A stretch of DNA of 64,000 nt from IMG/VR virus record IMGVR_UViG_3300012988_000001, positions 62,001 to 126,000 of that record. One strand, 5' to 3'. Below the pieces are notes generated by a model. The model ran no database searches. It was not told where the DNA came from and saw nothing but the letters and a program-made list of their open reading frames with translations. The stretch's first letter is position 1; every line of letters starts with the position of its first letter. Of this stretch, positions 57,154-64,000 are shown piece by piece. Position numbers and translations under genes: made by a program.

Positions 57154-57294
57154 ATGAAACAAGTACGCAATTTCCTCTTTGCCTCTTATTTGAACTTTCG
57201 AGTATCTACGGCAATCAATCCTGTACTAACTACTTTACTCGCTGCTGTGAGTGTGGTATTCTTATATTCTGTGTTGAAAATATTCGGACTATAA
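57154..57294 (+). CDS. 46-aa membrane peptide (below the ORF-track cutoff)
   Basis: RBS AAGGA; MKQVRNFLF...VLTTLLAAVSVVFLYSVLKIFGL. Confidence 0.6.
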   Translation: MKQVRNFLFASYLNFRVSTAINPVLTTLLAAVSVVFLYSVLKIFGL

Positions 57295-57297
57295 GAG

Positions 57298-57714
57298 ATG
57301 AAAGAATACATTGAGATCGAAGGTATCATACGATACGACCCTCCCAGACATGGGATGAAACGGAACACGAACTACTGGTGTATTCTAGAATTACCTGAAG
57401 ATTTAGTTAAGTACTACCAGTACTTCGTAAAGACTGATTTACATATTCCCATCGCAGACCCTTCTTGGGGAGCACACGTCAGTATTGTACGTGGTGAGAC
57501 ACCACCTAATCCTGAAGTGTGGAAAAAGTACGATGGAAAGAAAGTAAAGATAAAATACTATCCTTACATTCATGTGAAGAAAGATCCGAAGAAAGAAGGA
57601 TTGTACTGTTTTATTGATTTTGAAGTCCCGTTCTTTCGTCAGATACGAAAAGAGCTAGGACTAGAATGTAAATATACTTTCCATTTTACTATTGGAAGAA
57701 CGCACTATGATTAG
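57298..57714 (+). CDS. 2H phosphoesterase (second copy)
   Basis: AHVSIV and FHFTIG (HxS/HxT). Confidence 0.75.
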   Translation: MKEYIEIEGIIRYDPPRHGMKRNTNYWCILELPEDLVKYYQYFVKTDLHIPIADPSWGAHVSIVRGETPPNPEVWKKYDGKKVKIKYYPYIHVKKDPKKEGLYCFIDFEVPFFRQIRKELGLECKYTFHFTIGRTHYD

Positions 57715-58297
57715 TAAAGACGTATTTTGTATTTTATATCATGGGATGCCAATTGAAGGATTCTCTTCTGCGTCCGGGCATCCCATTTTTACCAGTAATG
57801 ATAAGTTCATCCCAAATTACTCATTCAGTAGCTACGAAAGTGCTAGAGATAGTTTAACTTATATGATACAATCATTACTTGACCAGAATCATGACAGTAC
57901 TGACATGAGCTTAGTCAGCATCGGAAATATCCGAATGGAATGTAGAGAATTTACTCACATTTCTGCGTATGATGAAGCCTTGATGAACATCATGAAAAAC
58001 CAGTATAATAATCCTGCGATGATTGATCGTTATGTAGGAAAGATTATACATTTGTGTGTACGTAAGGGATTCAAAAAAACTCTCCCCCAAATGCACCAAC
58101 AATTACTCAATGACCCACAATTTGTAGAGTTACTTGATAAACATGTTCCTTTCTTTGTTCGACAGAATATTGAAAGATTCATGGATGTAGGAATTAGTGC
58201 TTGCAATGAAGAAGAGATTGCTGCTATAATTCTTACAACAGACGATGAGCTATTAAAAGTGATTCGTATAGATTCATTAAACAATGTTTCGAATTAA
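57707..58297 (+). CDS. hypothetical protein
   Basis: 196 aa. Confidence 0.65.
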   Translation: MISKDVFCILYHGMPIEGFSSASGHPIFTSNDKFIPNYSFSSYESARDSLTYMIQSLLDQNHDSTDMSLVSIGNIRMECREFTHISAYDEALMNIMKNQYNNPAMIDRYVGKIIHLCVRKGFKKTLPQMHQQLLNDPQFVELLDKHVPFFVRQNIERFMDVGISACNEEEIAAIILTTDDELLKVIRIDSLNNVSN

Positions 58298-58396
58298 CTC
58301 TTAGAGTTAAAGTAGAAAGTCCAACGAGGCTTTGTGCAAACACGGCCTCACTGTAGTCCCGTTTGTCAAGGTTTCCAAAACAAAAAGGAGAAATCA

Positions 58397-59317
58397 GTGA
58401 AAGCGATCCAAAAACTGAAAACTTTACTTTTAGTAGGTTTTCTGTTAGCGGTAGCTGCTATTGGATTTATTGGTTATAAACACAATGATCGTACACCGTC
58501 ATCAAATTTAGGTGTACAACAAGTTATTCAAATTCAAAAGCAACCGCCCGTAACGTCATTGCCAGTTCAATTAGCAACTGTCAAAGGAACTAAGACGGAA
58601 AGCAGAAAGCAGTATGTTGTCCAGAAGGGTGACACATTTTGGGTCATAGCCCAAAAAACTAAACCAATGAATGTTGAGATGTATCCGTACATTGATGTAT
58701 TCAAACAAATCAATGGTAGTATTAAAGTACTAAACGTTGATAAGCCTGTACACTTACCAAATGAGAATGATTTGAAGTCTGTTATTCTTCCAGATGTAAC
58801 ACTACATTTCGATCATCTTGACGACGAACTGATAGAGTTCATCAAACAGTCTGAAGGTTCTAAAGAACTTCAATCTGTTTTAAAAAGAAAATTACTTGGT
58901 GGAAAAGTCGGTCCATCATATAAAAATTCAAAGTTCTATCCATATAAAGATATGAAAGGTAACTATACTATTGGTTATGGTCATTATCTAGGAAAGAAAG
59001 AATCCGACGCAAATAAGTACAAAAATGGTATTACTGAGTATCAAGCGAAGAAAATACTAAAAGCTGATATGAAGCGTACTTATGATGACTTCACGTTACT
59101 ACTGCAACGTAAAAACGCAGTAAACCTTACGAAAGACCAGCAACGTATTTTATACGATATGGCTTATTCAATGGGTGTTGACAAACTTGATAAGTTTACA
59201 CGTCTATGGAAAGCTGTACAGCATGGTAATGATCGTAAATTCAAAAAAGAAATTGAAGGTTCTTTATGGTTCAAGCAAGTTGGGAACCGTGCTGAAATCC
59301 TTCTAAGTTCCCTATAA
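58397..59317 (+). CDS. membrane-anchored LysM plus T4-type lysozyme
   Basis: GTG start behind AAGGAG; N-terminal hydrophobic helix; LysM YVVQKGDTFWVIA; lysozyme SEG...YKD.KG.YTIGYGH...MAYSMG...SLWFKQVGNRA. Confidence 0.85.
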   Translation: MKAIQKLKTLLLVGFLLAVAAIGFIGYKHNDRTPSSNLGVQQVIQIQKQPPVTSLPVQLATVKGTKTESRKQYVVQKGDTFWVIAQKTKPMNVEMYPYIDVFKQINGSIKVLNVDKPVHLPNENDLKSVILPDVTLHFDHLDDELIEFIKQSEGSKELQSVLKRKLLGGKVGPSYKNSKFYPYKDMKGNYTIGYGHYLGKKESDANKYKNGITEYQAKKILKADMKRTYDDFTLLLQRKNAVNLTKDQQRILYDMAYSMGVDKLDKFTRLWKAVQHGNDRKFKKEIEGSLWFKQVGNRAEILLSSL

Positions 59318-59327
59318 GGAGTTGTGT

Positions 59328-59648
59328 ATGATTACTATTCAAGGTATCAATGTAGAAGTAACCGATGCTATTAAAGAGCACATTGAACATAATGTAGGTA
59401 AACTTTCTAAGTACAACACTAAAAACGATCTCAACATCAAAGTAAATTTGAAGGTTGAAACTAAAGATACTTTTGACGTAGATGTTATTGTTGAAGGTAA
59501 AAACATTTCTGGTGGTGCTGTTAGTGATGACATGTACACTGCTATTACCATGTCATTTGAAAATGTGGAAACTATTCTAGCTCGTCGTAAGGGCAAAGAA
59601 CTTTCCAAACGTCATGAAAAAATTCAGTTGACAGACGCAGAAGAATAA
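59328..59648 (+). CDS. hpf: ribosome hibernation promoting factor (HPF/RaiA family)
   Basis: ITIQGINVEVTDAIKEHI...KL.KY...SDDMYTAI......L.RRKGK. Confidence 0.85.
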   Translation: MITIQGINVEVTDAIKEHIEHNVGKLSKYNTKNDLNIKVNLKVETKDTFDVDVIVEGKNISGGAVSDDMYTAITMSFENVETILARRKGKELSKRHEKIQLTDAEE

Positions 59649-59657
59649 TGATATACT
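59628..59657 (+). promoter_or_regulatory. sigma70 promoter abutting a terminator
   Basis: TTGACA-18-TATACT with TG extension. Confidence 0.65.
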
Positions 59658-59685
59658 AAGGACATTCCACGGAGTGTCCTTTTTT
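59658..59685 (+). terminator. intrinsic terminator
   Basis: AAGGACATTCC-AC-GGAGTGTCCTTTTTT. Confidence 0.85.
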
Positions 59686-59699
59686 ATTTGGAGGGGAAC

Positions 59700-60107
59700 A
59701 TGGCAGTAGAAAGAATTAGAAAATTATTTGCAATTGACGAAATACCAGTAATTAATGGTTGGATATTAATTGCAGAACGTGAACAATATCGCGTTGATAC
59801 AAAAAGTCGTAATATCTATCATGAATTGTACTATTCTGATGCCGATATACTTAACATTCGTTATAGTGATACTGGTATTACTATTACTTCGTATAATTTT
59901 CGTGAAAATCTTACAACCATGAAGTTTGAATGGAAACTGCACGAAATGATGGACGAGGCAGAATATTTCCAGCTTTGTACGGTTGACGACACCTTTGGTA
60001 TAGAGTATACTGATTACCTTGAAATGTTAAAACAGTACTCCAGAATCATGACATGGGTACGAGAAAACATGGTTTCGAAAGAACCACCACGCCCATTCAT
60101 ATTCTAA
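59700..60107 (+). CDS. hypothetical protein, FFQxSTV family
   Basis: EAEYFQLCTVDD. Confidence 0.7.
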   Translation: MAVERIRKLFAIDEIPVINGWILIAEREQYRVDTKSRNIYHELYYSDADILNIRYSDTGITITSYNFRENLTTMKFEWKLHEMMDEAEYFQLCTVDDTFGIEYTDYLEMLKQYSRIMTWVRENMVSKEPPRPFIF

Positions 60108-60116
60108 GGAGAACGA

Positions 60117-60521
60117 ATGATCGACGAATTAGTTAAAGTACTGGATAATGTGACCAATAATGGGTTGGCAACACTCATCAGTGCAGAATCTGAGTGGTTA
60201 AAACTTTCTGAAATGACTGAACTCAACTACAATACAAATTCATGCCGTTTGGTAGCTAATATCATTACATCTGACGATCATGCAAATGCAGTGACATTAT
60301 GCCTTTACAAAGATATGTTTCGTATGGTCCGTTACACTGGCATCGATCCAGCTAATAATACATGTAAAGATTTGAAGAATACTAAAATTCGAATAGACAT
60401 TGGTTCTGAGGAAGAATTCTTTCAAGAATCAACAGTTGAAGATTTTAACGGATTAGTGTATGATGAATATCATGTAATACAACAAATCATAAGTGTAATG
60501 ACAAAATATCTATGGAGCTAA
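60117..60521 (+). CDS. hypothetical protein, FFQxSTV family
   Basis: EEEFFQESTVED. Confidence 0.7.
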   Translation: MIDELVKVLDNVTNNGLATLISAESEWLKLSEMTELNYNTNSCRLVANIITSDDHANAVTLCLYKDMFRMVRYTGIDPANNTCKDLKNTKIRIDIGSEEEFFQESTVEDFNGLVYDEYHVIQQIISVMTKYLWS

Positions 60522-60522
60522 T

Positions 60523-60699
60523 ATGATAGCAGTCTTAGAAGAAGATTGGGGTGTGAGTGACAGTGATTGCTACCCTCCACGTGACAAATACGGCTGGCGT
60601 GATTATGGTGTAGATAATGACGAAGCGGAAGAACAAGCAAAACTAGATCAAGAGAACAAAGAGAAACGCTCTTGGTGGGAAAAATTCTGGGGGTCATAA
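60523..60699 (+). CDS. 58-aa acidic protein ending WWEKFWGS (below the ORF-track cutoff)
   Basis: ATG 60523 behind GGAG; stop coupled to the next start. Confidence 0.7.
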   Translation: MIAVLEEDWGVSDSDCYPPRDKYGWRDYGVDNDEAEEQAKLDQENKEKRSWWEKFWGS

Positions 60700-60926
60700 T
60701 GGCATCTTTCGATTCAGCTATGGAAATGATGAAAGAAGTAGAAAAAATGCGGAGTGAGTTGGGTGTTGCACCACATTCATTGGCAGATGACGTTGTGACC
60801 ACTTTTTGTAAAGAAAAACGTGAACAAAGTAATGAAGTCACCGTAAGAGAAATTGTAAATGCTTACGTGAATGAACAAAAAACCCGTCCAACTAATCCCG
60901 CATGGGATAAATTCTGGGAGTCATAA
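60699..60926 (+). CDS. small protein ending AWDKFWES
   Basis: Coupled TAATG start. Confidence 0.7.
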   Translation: MASFDSAMEMMKEVEKMRSELGVAPHSLADDVVTTFCKEKREQSNEVTVREIVNAYVNEQKTRPTNPAWDKFWES

Positions 60927-60930
60927 AAAA

Positions 60931-61107
60931 ATGTCTATATCATTTGATGAATTACTTGACCTCATGGATGATGTTGAAGAATTAAACAATGAGGGTCGTT
61001 TACCGACCCATTTGGAAACACACGATTCAGTTGCTGAATTGTTTATTAAGCATTATGGATCAAAGAAATTAGACCGTTCCGAATGGAACTATTTTTGGGA
61101 GAACTAA
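60931..61107 (+). CDS. small acidic protein ending EWNYFWEN
   Basis: ATG 60931 behind GGGAG. Confidence 0.7.
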   Translation: MSISFDELLDLMDDVEELNNEGRLPTHLETHDSVAELFIKHYGSKKLDRSEWNYFWEN

Positions 61108-61108
61108 G

Positions 61109-62233
61109 ATGAAAAAATATATCGTCGGTGGTTTTGTACGTGATAAACTACTTGGCCTAAAACCAAAAGACAAAGACTACGTACTTGTAGGAGCCAAACA
61201 GCGTGATATTGATTATCTAACGTCCCAAGGCTACAAACAAGTAGGTGCTGACTTCCCTGTATACTTATCTCCAGCAGGTGATGAGTATGCTCTTGCACGT
61301 GTTGAGCGTAAGACGGGTAACGGATATAAAGGTTTTACTGTAGATACCGAAGGTGTAACTCTTGAACAAGATCTATTCCGTCGAGATCTCACTATCAACG
61401 CCATTGCCTACGATCCAGTATTCCAAAAACATATCGACCCATATGGTGGTAAGTCCGATCTACAGAATAAAGTACTACGTCATGTTAGTCCTCACTTTGC
61501 TGAAGACCCACTACGTATCCTACGTCTAGCTCGCTTTGCTGCTCGTTATAGCGATTTCACTATTCATAGCAGTACTGAAGAACTAGTACTCAACATGGTA
61601 AAAGAAGGTATGATTGACCATCTTACCCCGGAACGTGTATATGTAGAATTCGAAAAAGCTCTATCCGAGAATAATCCAAGTATTTTCTTCAAGAACCTAC
61701 GTAAATGGGGTGCTCTAGAACGCCTCCTACCGGGTTTGGAAGCCTTTAATAAGGCAGATGGGGAAATGCTCGATAAAATCACACAGACCAGCACAGAGGC
61801 TTACACGAACGATTTTCAGTGGTCTTTCCTACTATCCATGAGTCGTGGTGTAGTATCTAAAGATTATGCTATTGGTCAATTGAAACTACCTGCACAAGCA
61901 GTGAAGTTCTTCAAGTTTGTTACTGCTAACTTTGAAGAGATCAAGCTATTCAGGAAGAAAACACCTGAACAGATGGTTGAAATGCTAACTAAACTAAATA
62001 TCCACAACAACGGTGGTGAGGAATTCTTGTACAAAGTACTTGAGTACTTCAACATTCAGCGTGATACGGATGGTGAGCTAGAAGACCTAATTGTGAAAGT
62101 GTACGATAAATTTGAAGGCACTGTGATTGGTGATATTGACCAGATGTTGAAAGACGGAACTTTAGAGCCTAAAGAAATCCGTGCATATGTGTCGAATCTT
62201 CGCACAACTGAAGTTGCGAAAATGTTCTCATAA
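61109..62233 (+). CDS. cca: class II tRNA nucleotidyltransferase (CCA-adding), no HD domain
   Basis: YIVGGFVRD.LLG...KDKDY, EYALAR.E.K, DLFRRDLTINA, F.EDPLRILR.ARF, LTPERV..E. Confidence 0.93.
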   Translation: MKKYIVGGFVRDKLLGLKPKDKDYVLVGAKQRDIDYLTSQGYKQVGADFPVYLSPAGDEYALARVERKTGNGYKGFTVDTEGVTLEQDLFRRDLTINAIAYDPVFQKHIDPYGGKSDLQNKVLRHVSPHFAEDPLRILRLARFAARYSDFTIHSSTEELVLNMVKEGMIDHLTPERVYVEFEKALSENNPSIFFKNLRKWGALERLLPGLEAFNKADGEMLDKITQTSTEAYTNDFQWSFLLSMSRGVVSKDYAIGQLKLPAQAVKFFKFVTANFEEIKLFRKKTPEQMVEMLTKLNIHNNGGEEFLYKVLEYFNIQRDTDGELEDLIVKVYDKFEGTVIGDIDQMLKDGTLEPKEIRAYVSNLRTTEVAKMFS

Positions 62234-62237
62234 ATTT

Positions 62238-62266
62238 GGGACAAAAAAGTAAAAATGTGATATACT
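62238..62266 (+). promoter_or_regulatory. GGGACA-class promoter (copy 6)
   Basis: TTGGGACAAA-...-TGTGA-TATACT, 17-nt spacer. Confidence 0.78.
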
Positions 62267-62297
62267 ATAGGTATCTGATGATTATTGAGATGAAATT

Positions 62298-62741
62298 ATG
62301 CGATATACTTGCGGAATAATATTTTATCGTGATGGTCAGATACTTATAGGACATACAACCGGACAAGATCATTGGGACTTACCTAAAGGTAAAACTGAAG
62401 GTGAAGAAACATATAAAGAAGCGGCTGTTCGGGAGTGTTATGAAGAAACTGGTTTTGAGATATCCGAGAAGGATTTACTTTTTATTGGTGATGTATCATA
62501 CCGAAAAGGAAAAAGACTTATATTGTTTTTCTATACCGCTAGATATAAGCCTGAACCTAGTGAATTGAAATGTATCAGTACTTACACTAATAAGTACGGA
62601 CAGACTAAACCAGAATTGGATAAGTTTAGATACATTGATGTTGAGGACTGTGAATTGTATTTGACTAAACGAATGTGTAGCAGTATTGTCAAAGCTGTTA
62701 AACAATTCCAGAAAAATAAAGGAAAAGAGAATGGAAGTTAA
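62298..62741 (+). CDS. Nudix hydrolase
   Basis: WDLPKG..EG.ET..EAAVRECYEETG. Confidence 0.9.
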   Translation: MRYTCGIIFYRDGQILIGHTTGQDHWDLPKGKTEGEETYKEAAVRECYEETGFEISEKDLLFIGDVSYRKGKRLILFFYTARYKPEPSELKCISTYTNKYGQTKPELDKFRYIDVEDCELYLTKRMCSSIVKAVKQFQKNKGKENGS

Positions 62742-63003
62742 AATCTACGGACGCCTAACTGGTTGCCCTTATTGCACAAATGCGAAAGCAGTTTGTGAAC
62801 AAAATAAATTCGATATGGAATTCATTGATATGGTTTCCACTGGTATGACTAAAGATGATCTATGTGAAATCGTAGGTAAGCCAGTAAGCACTGTTCCACA
62901 AATCTTTGTTGATGGTGAATATGTTGGTGGTTACACTGAATTCGTTGCTCACCTCCGCTCTCTAAACGAGAAGAAAAAAGAAGATGACACAGACGATCAA
63001 TGA
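62731..63003 (+). CDS. glutaredoxin
   Basis: CPYC, TVPQIFVDGEYVGG. Confidence 0.93.
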   Translation: MEVKIYGRLTGCPYCTNAKAVCEQNKFDMEFIDMVSTGMTKDDLCEIVGKPVSTVPQIFVDGEYVGGYTEFVAHLRSLNEKKKEDDTDDQ

Positions 63004-63232
63004 TTTTCATGCACAGTGTAAAGCACGTGCTGAAGAGTTAGCCAAACGATTGGGGGTAGATTTTCAACCTCTAGATGTAAACTCTATTGAAACTGCTGCA
63101 CGGAAACGTATGGCAGCACTCATGAAATATCGTGAGCGAAAAGAAGAGTATGATTCTCTTCTTGAAACAGTTTTCAAAGTACTAAGTCCAACGGAAGTGG
63201 TTGAAATTCTACGAAATACCCGTAATAAATAA
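62984..63232 (+). CDS. hypothetical protein
   Basis: 82 aa. Confidence 0.65.
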   Translation: MTQTINDFHAQCKARAEELAKRLGVDFQPLDVNSIETAARKRMAALMKYRERKEEYDSLLETVFKVLSPTEVVEILRNTRNK

Positions 63233-63279
63233 TTATGAAGGAACAATCCTTCATGTTATAAAATTTTGGGAGAAATACT

Positions 63280-63522
63280 ATGATTAGTTTTCGTGATAAA
63301 TTAGCTCAAGGCATTTTCGAATGCAAACCAACAGTTGCTGACATTCCAAAGAAATCAGCATTTTTAGGAACAATTACAGAAGATGGTTTCTGTGATTATG
63401 ATGTACCTGAAGATACTTGGTATCTAAGTAAATCAACTGAACGTAGCAATCGCCTCCACAAAAGTACAATAGCCAGAAAACACCGCAAGGAAATGAAACG
63501 AATTCGTTTTGGTTCCGAATAA
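63280..63522 (+). CDS. hypothetical protein
   Basis: 80 aa, RBS GGGAG. Confidence 0.65.
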   Translation: MISFRDKLAQGIFECKPTVADIPKKSAFLGTITEDGFCDYDVPEDTWYLSKSTERSNRLHKSTIARKHRKEMKRIRFGSE

Positions 63523-63528
63523 TAATTT

Positions 63529-63556
63529 AAAGGACTCTATATAAGAGTCCTTTTTT
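63529..63556 (+). terminator. intrinsic terminator
   Basis: AAAGGACTCT-ATATA-AGAGTCCTTTTTT. Confidence 0.88.
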
Positions 63557-63570
63557 CATCCGAGGTAACA

Positions 63571-64000
63571 ATGGGCGTAATAGAACATATTGGTAATCTT
63601 TTTGAAAGATACAGTGATGGTTTTTCTCCTGACCATCTTCATATCATTGTACATGGGTGCAATGCACAAGGTCGTATGGGTTCAGGGTTTGCGAAAGAAT
63701 TACGCGAACGTTACCCGGATGCATACACAACTTACAACGATGCCTACAAGTTCGCCGGACTTAAGCTAGGCTCTACGATTTACCACATAGTCGATGATAA
63801 TTTAGTGATTGCAAACGCTATCACACAGGAGTATTATGGCTATGACGGTGAGAAATATGTTAGCTATGATGCTATCGATACCGTCTTTAAAGACATGAAT
63901 GAGTTTATAGCTCAAACTGGACGGATGACGCACCTCCACTTCCCCCGCCTTGGGGCAGATCTTGGTGGTGGTAATTGGACAGTGATAAAGAATATCATTG
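63571..64000 (+). CDS. macrodomain (ADP-ribose processing) protein, 3'-truncated by the window edge
   Basis: GNLF...IVHGCNAQGRMGSGFAKEL...ANAITQ...YD.I...FPRLGADLGGGNW; absent from the ORF track because it lacks a stop. Confidence 0.9.
   Translation, partial: MGVIEHIGNLFERYSDGFSPDHLHIIVHGCNAQGRMGSGFAKELRERYPDAYTTYNDAYKFAGLKLGSTIYHIVDDNLVIANAITQEYYGYDGEKYVSYDAIDTVFKDMNEFIAQTGRMTHLHFPRLGADLGGGNWTVIKNII

Noticed and set aside
57149-57154. TAAATA as a late promoter
   Set aside because: It lies between the RBS and the start codon; the hexamer occurs often by chance in AT-rich DNA
58298-58396. Riboswitch upstream of the lysozyme gene
   Set aside because: Only one clear hairpin and no match to an aptamer consensus I recognise
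94-63246. Numerous minus-strand and alternate-frame ORFs in the track
   Set aside because: They lie wholly within better-supported genes, lack ribosome-binding sites and are shadow frames; only 6031-6705 and 6748-7782 are accepted on the minus strand
1-64000. tRNA genes, rRNA, CRISPR arrays, IS elements, integrase
   Set aside because: No cloverleaf, regularly spaced repeats, transposase or recombinase motifs were seen
1-64000. Stop-codon reassignment as in some large phages
   Set aside because: Genes tile the window under the standard code and TAA, TGA and TAG all occur as real stops

Overview
This window is a 64 kb segment of a large lytic dsDNA phage genome (T4-superfamily-like, probably a jumbo myovirus; inferred) infecting a Gram-negative facultative anaerobe (spanins, FNR box). 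Genes are tightly packed under the standard code, almost all on the + strand; only two virion-type genes at 6031-7782 are on the - strand. Recognisable content: ATP-dependent DNA ligase (truncated at the left edge), ClpP, two deaminases, an NAD+ salvage pair (NadM-Nudix + Nampt), an HslV-like peptidase, an Acb1-like 2H phosphoesterase, a sirtuin, a NUDT16-like Nudix, PIN-PhoH, TyrRS, NrdDG, three paralogous tail proteins, two pol-beta nucleotidyltransferases, a 2OG-Fe(II)-like oxygenase next to an acyl-carrier-protein-like gene, spanins, HNH, an RNA-repair cluster (Rnl5-type ligase, Ro/TROVE-like vWA protein, second 2H phosphoesterase, CCA enzyme), LysM-lysozyme, HPF, glutaredoxin and a macrodomain (truncated at the right edge). 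The best candidate for an undescribed system is an ORF-free unit at about 45650-46135 with its own promoter and terminator, closed by a 17-bp long-range helix and packed with hairpins: a probable ~480-nt structured ncRNA. Other notable signals: roughly 9-fold excess of the palindrome AGTACT (eye count, first 6 kb), a six-copy GGGACA/extended -10 promoter class, a covarying GAUGUA-loop hairpin in front of both NAD genes, an FNR box in class II position before nrdDG, and three tandem small proteins ending in W-x-x-F-W-x-x. All protein assignments are from motif recognition by eye; no database searches were run.
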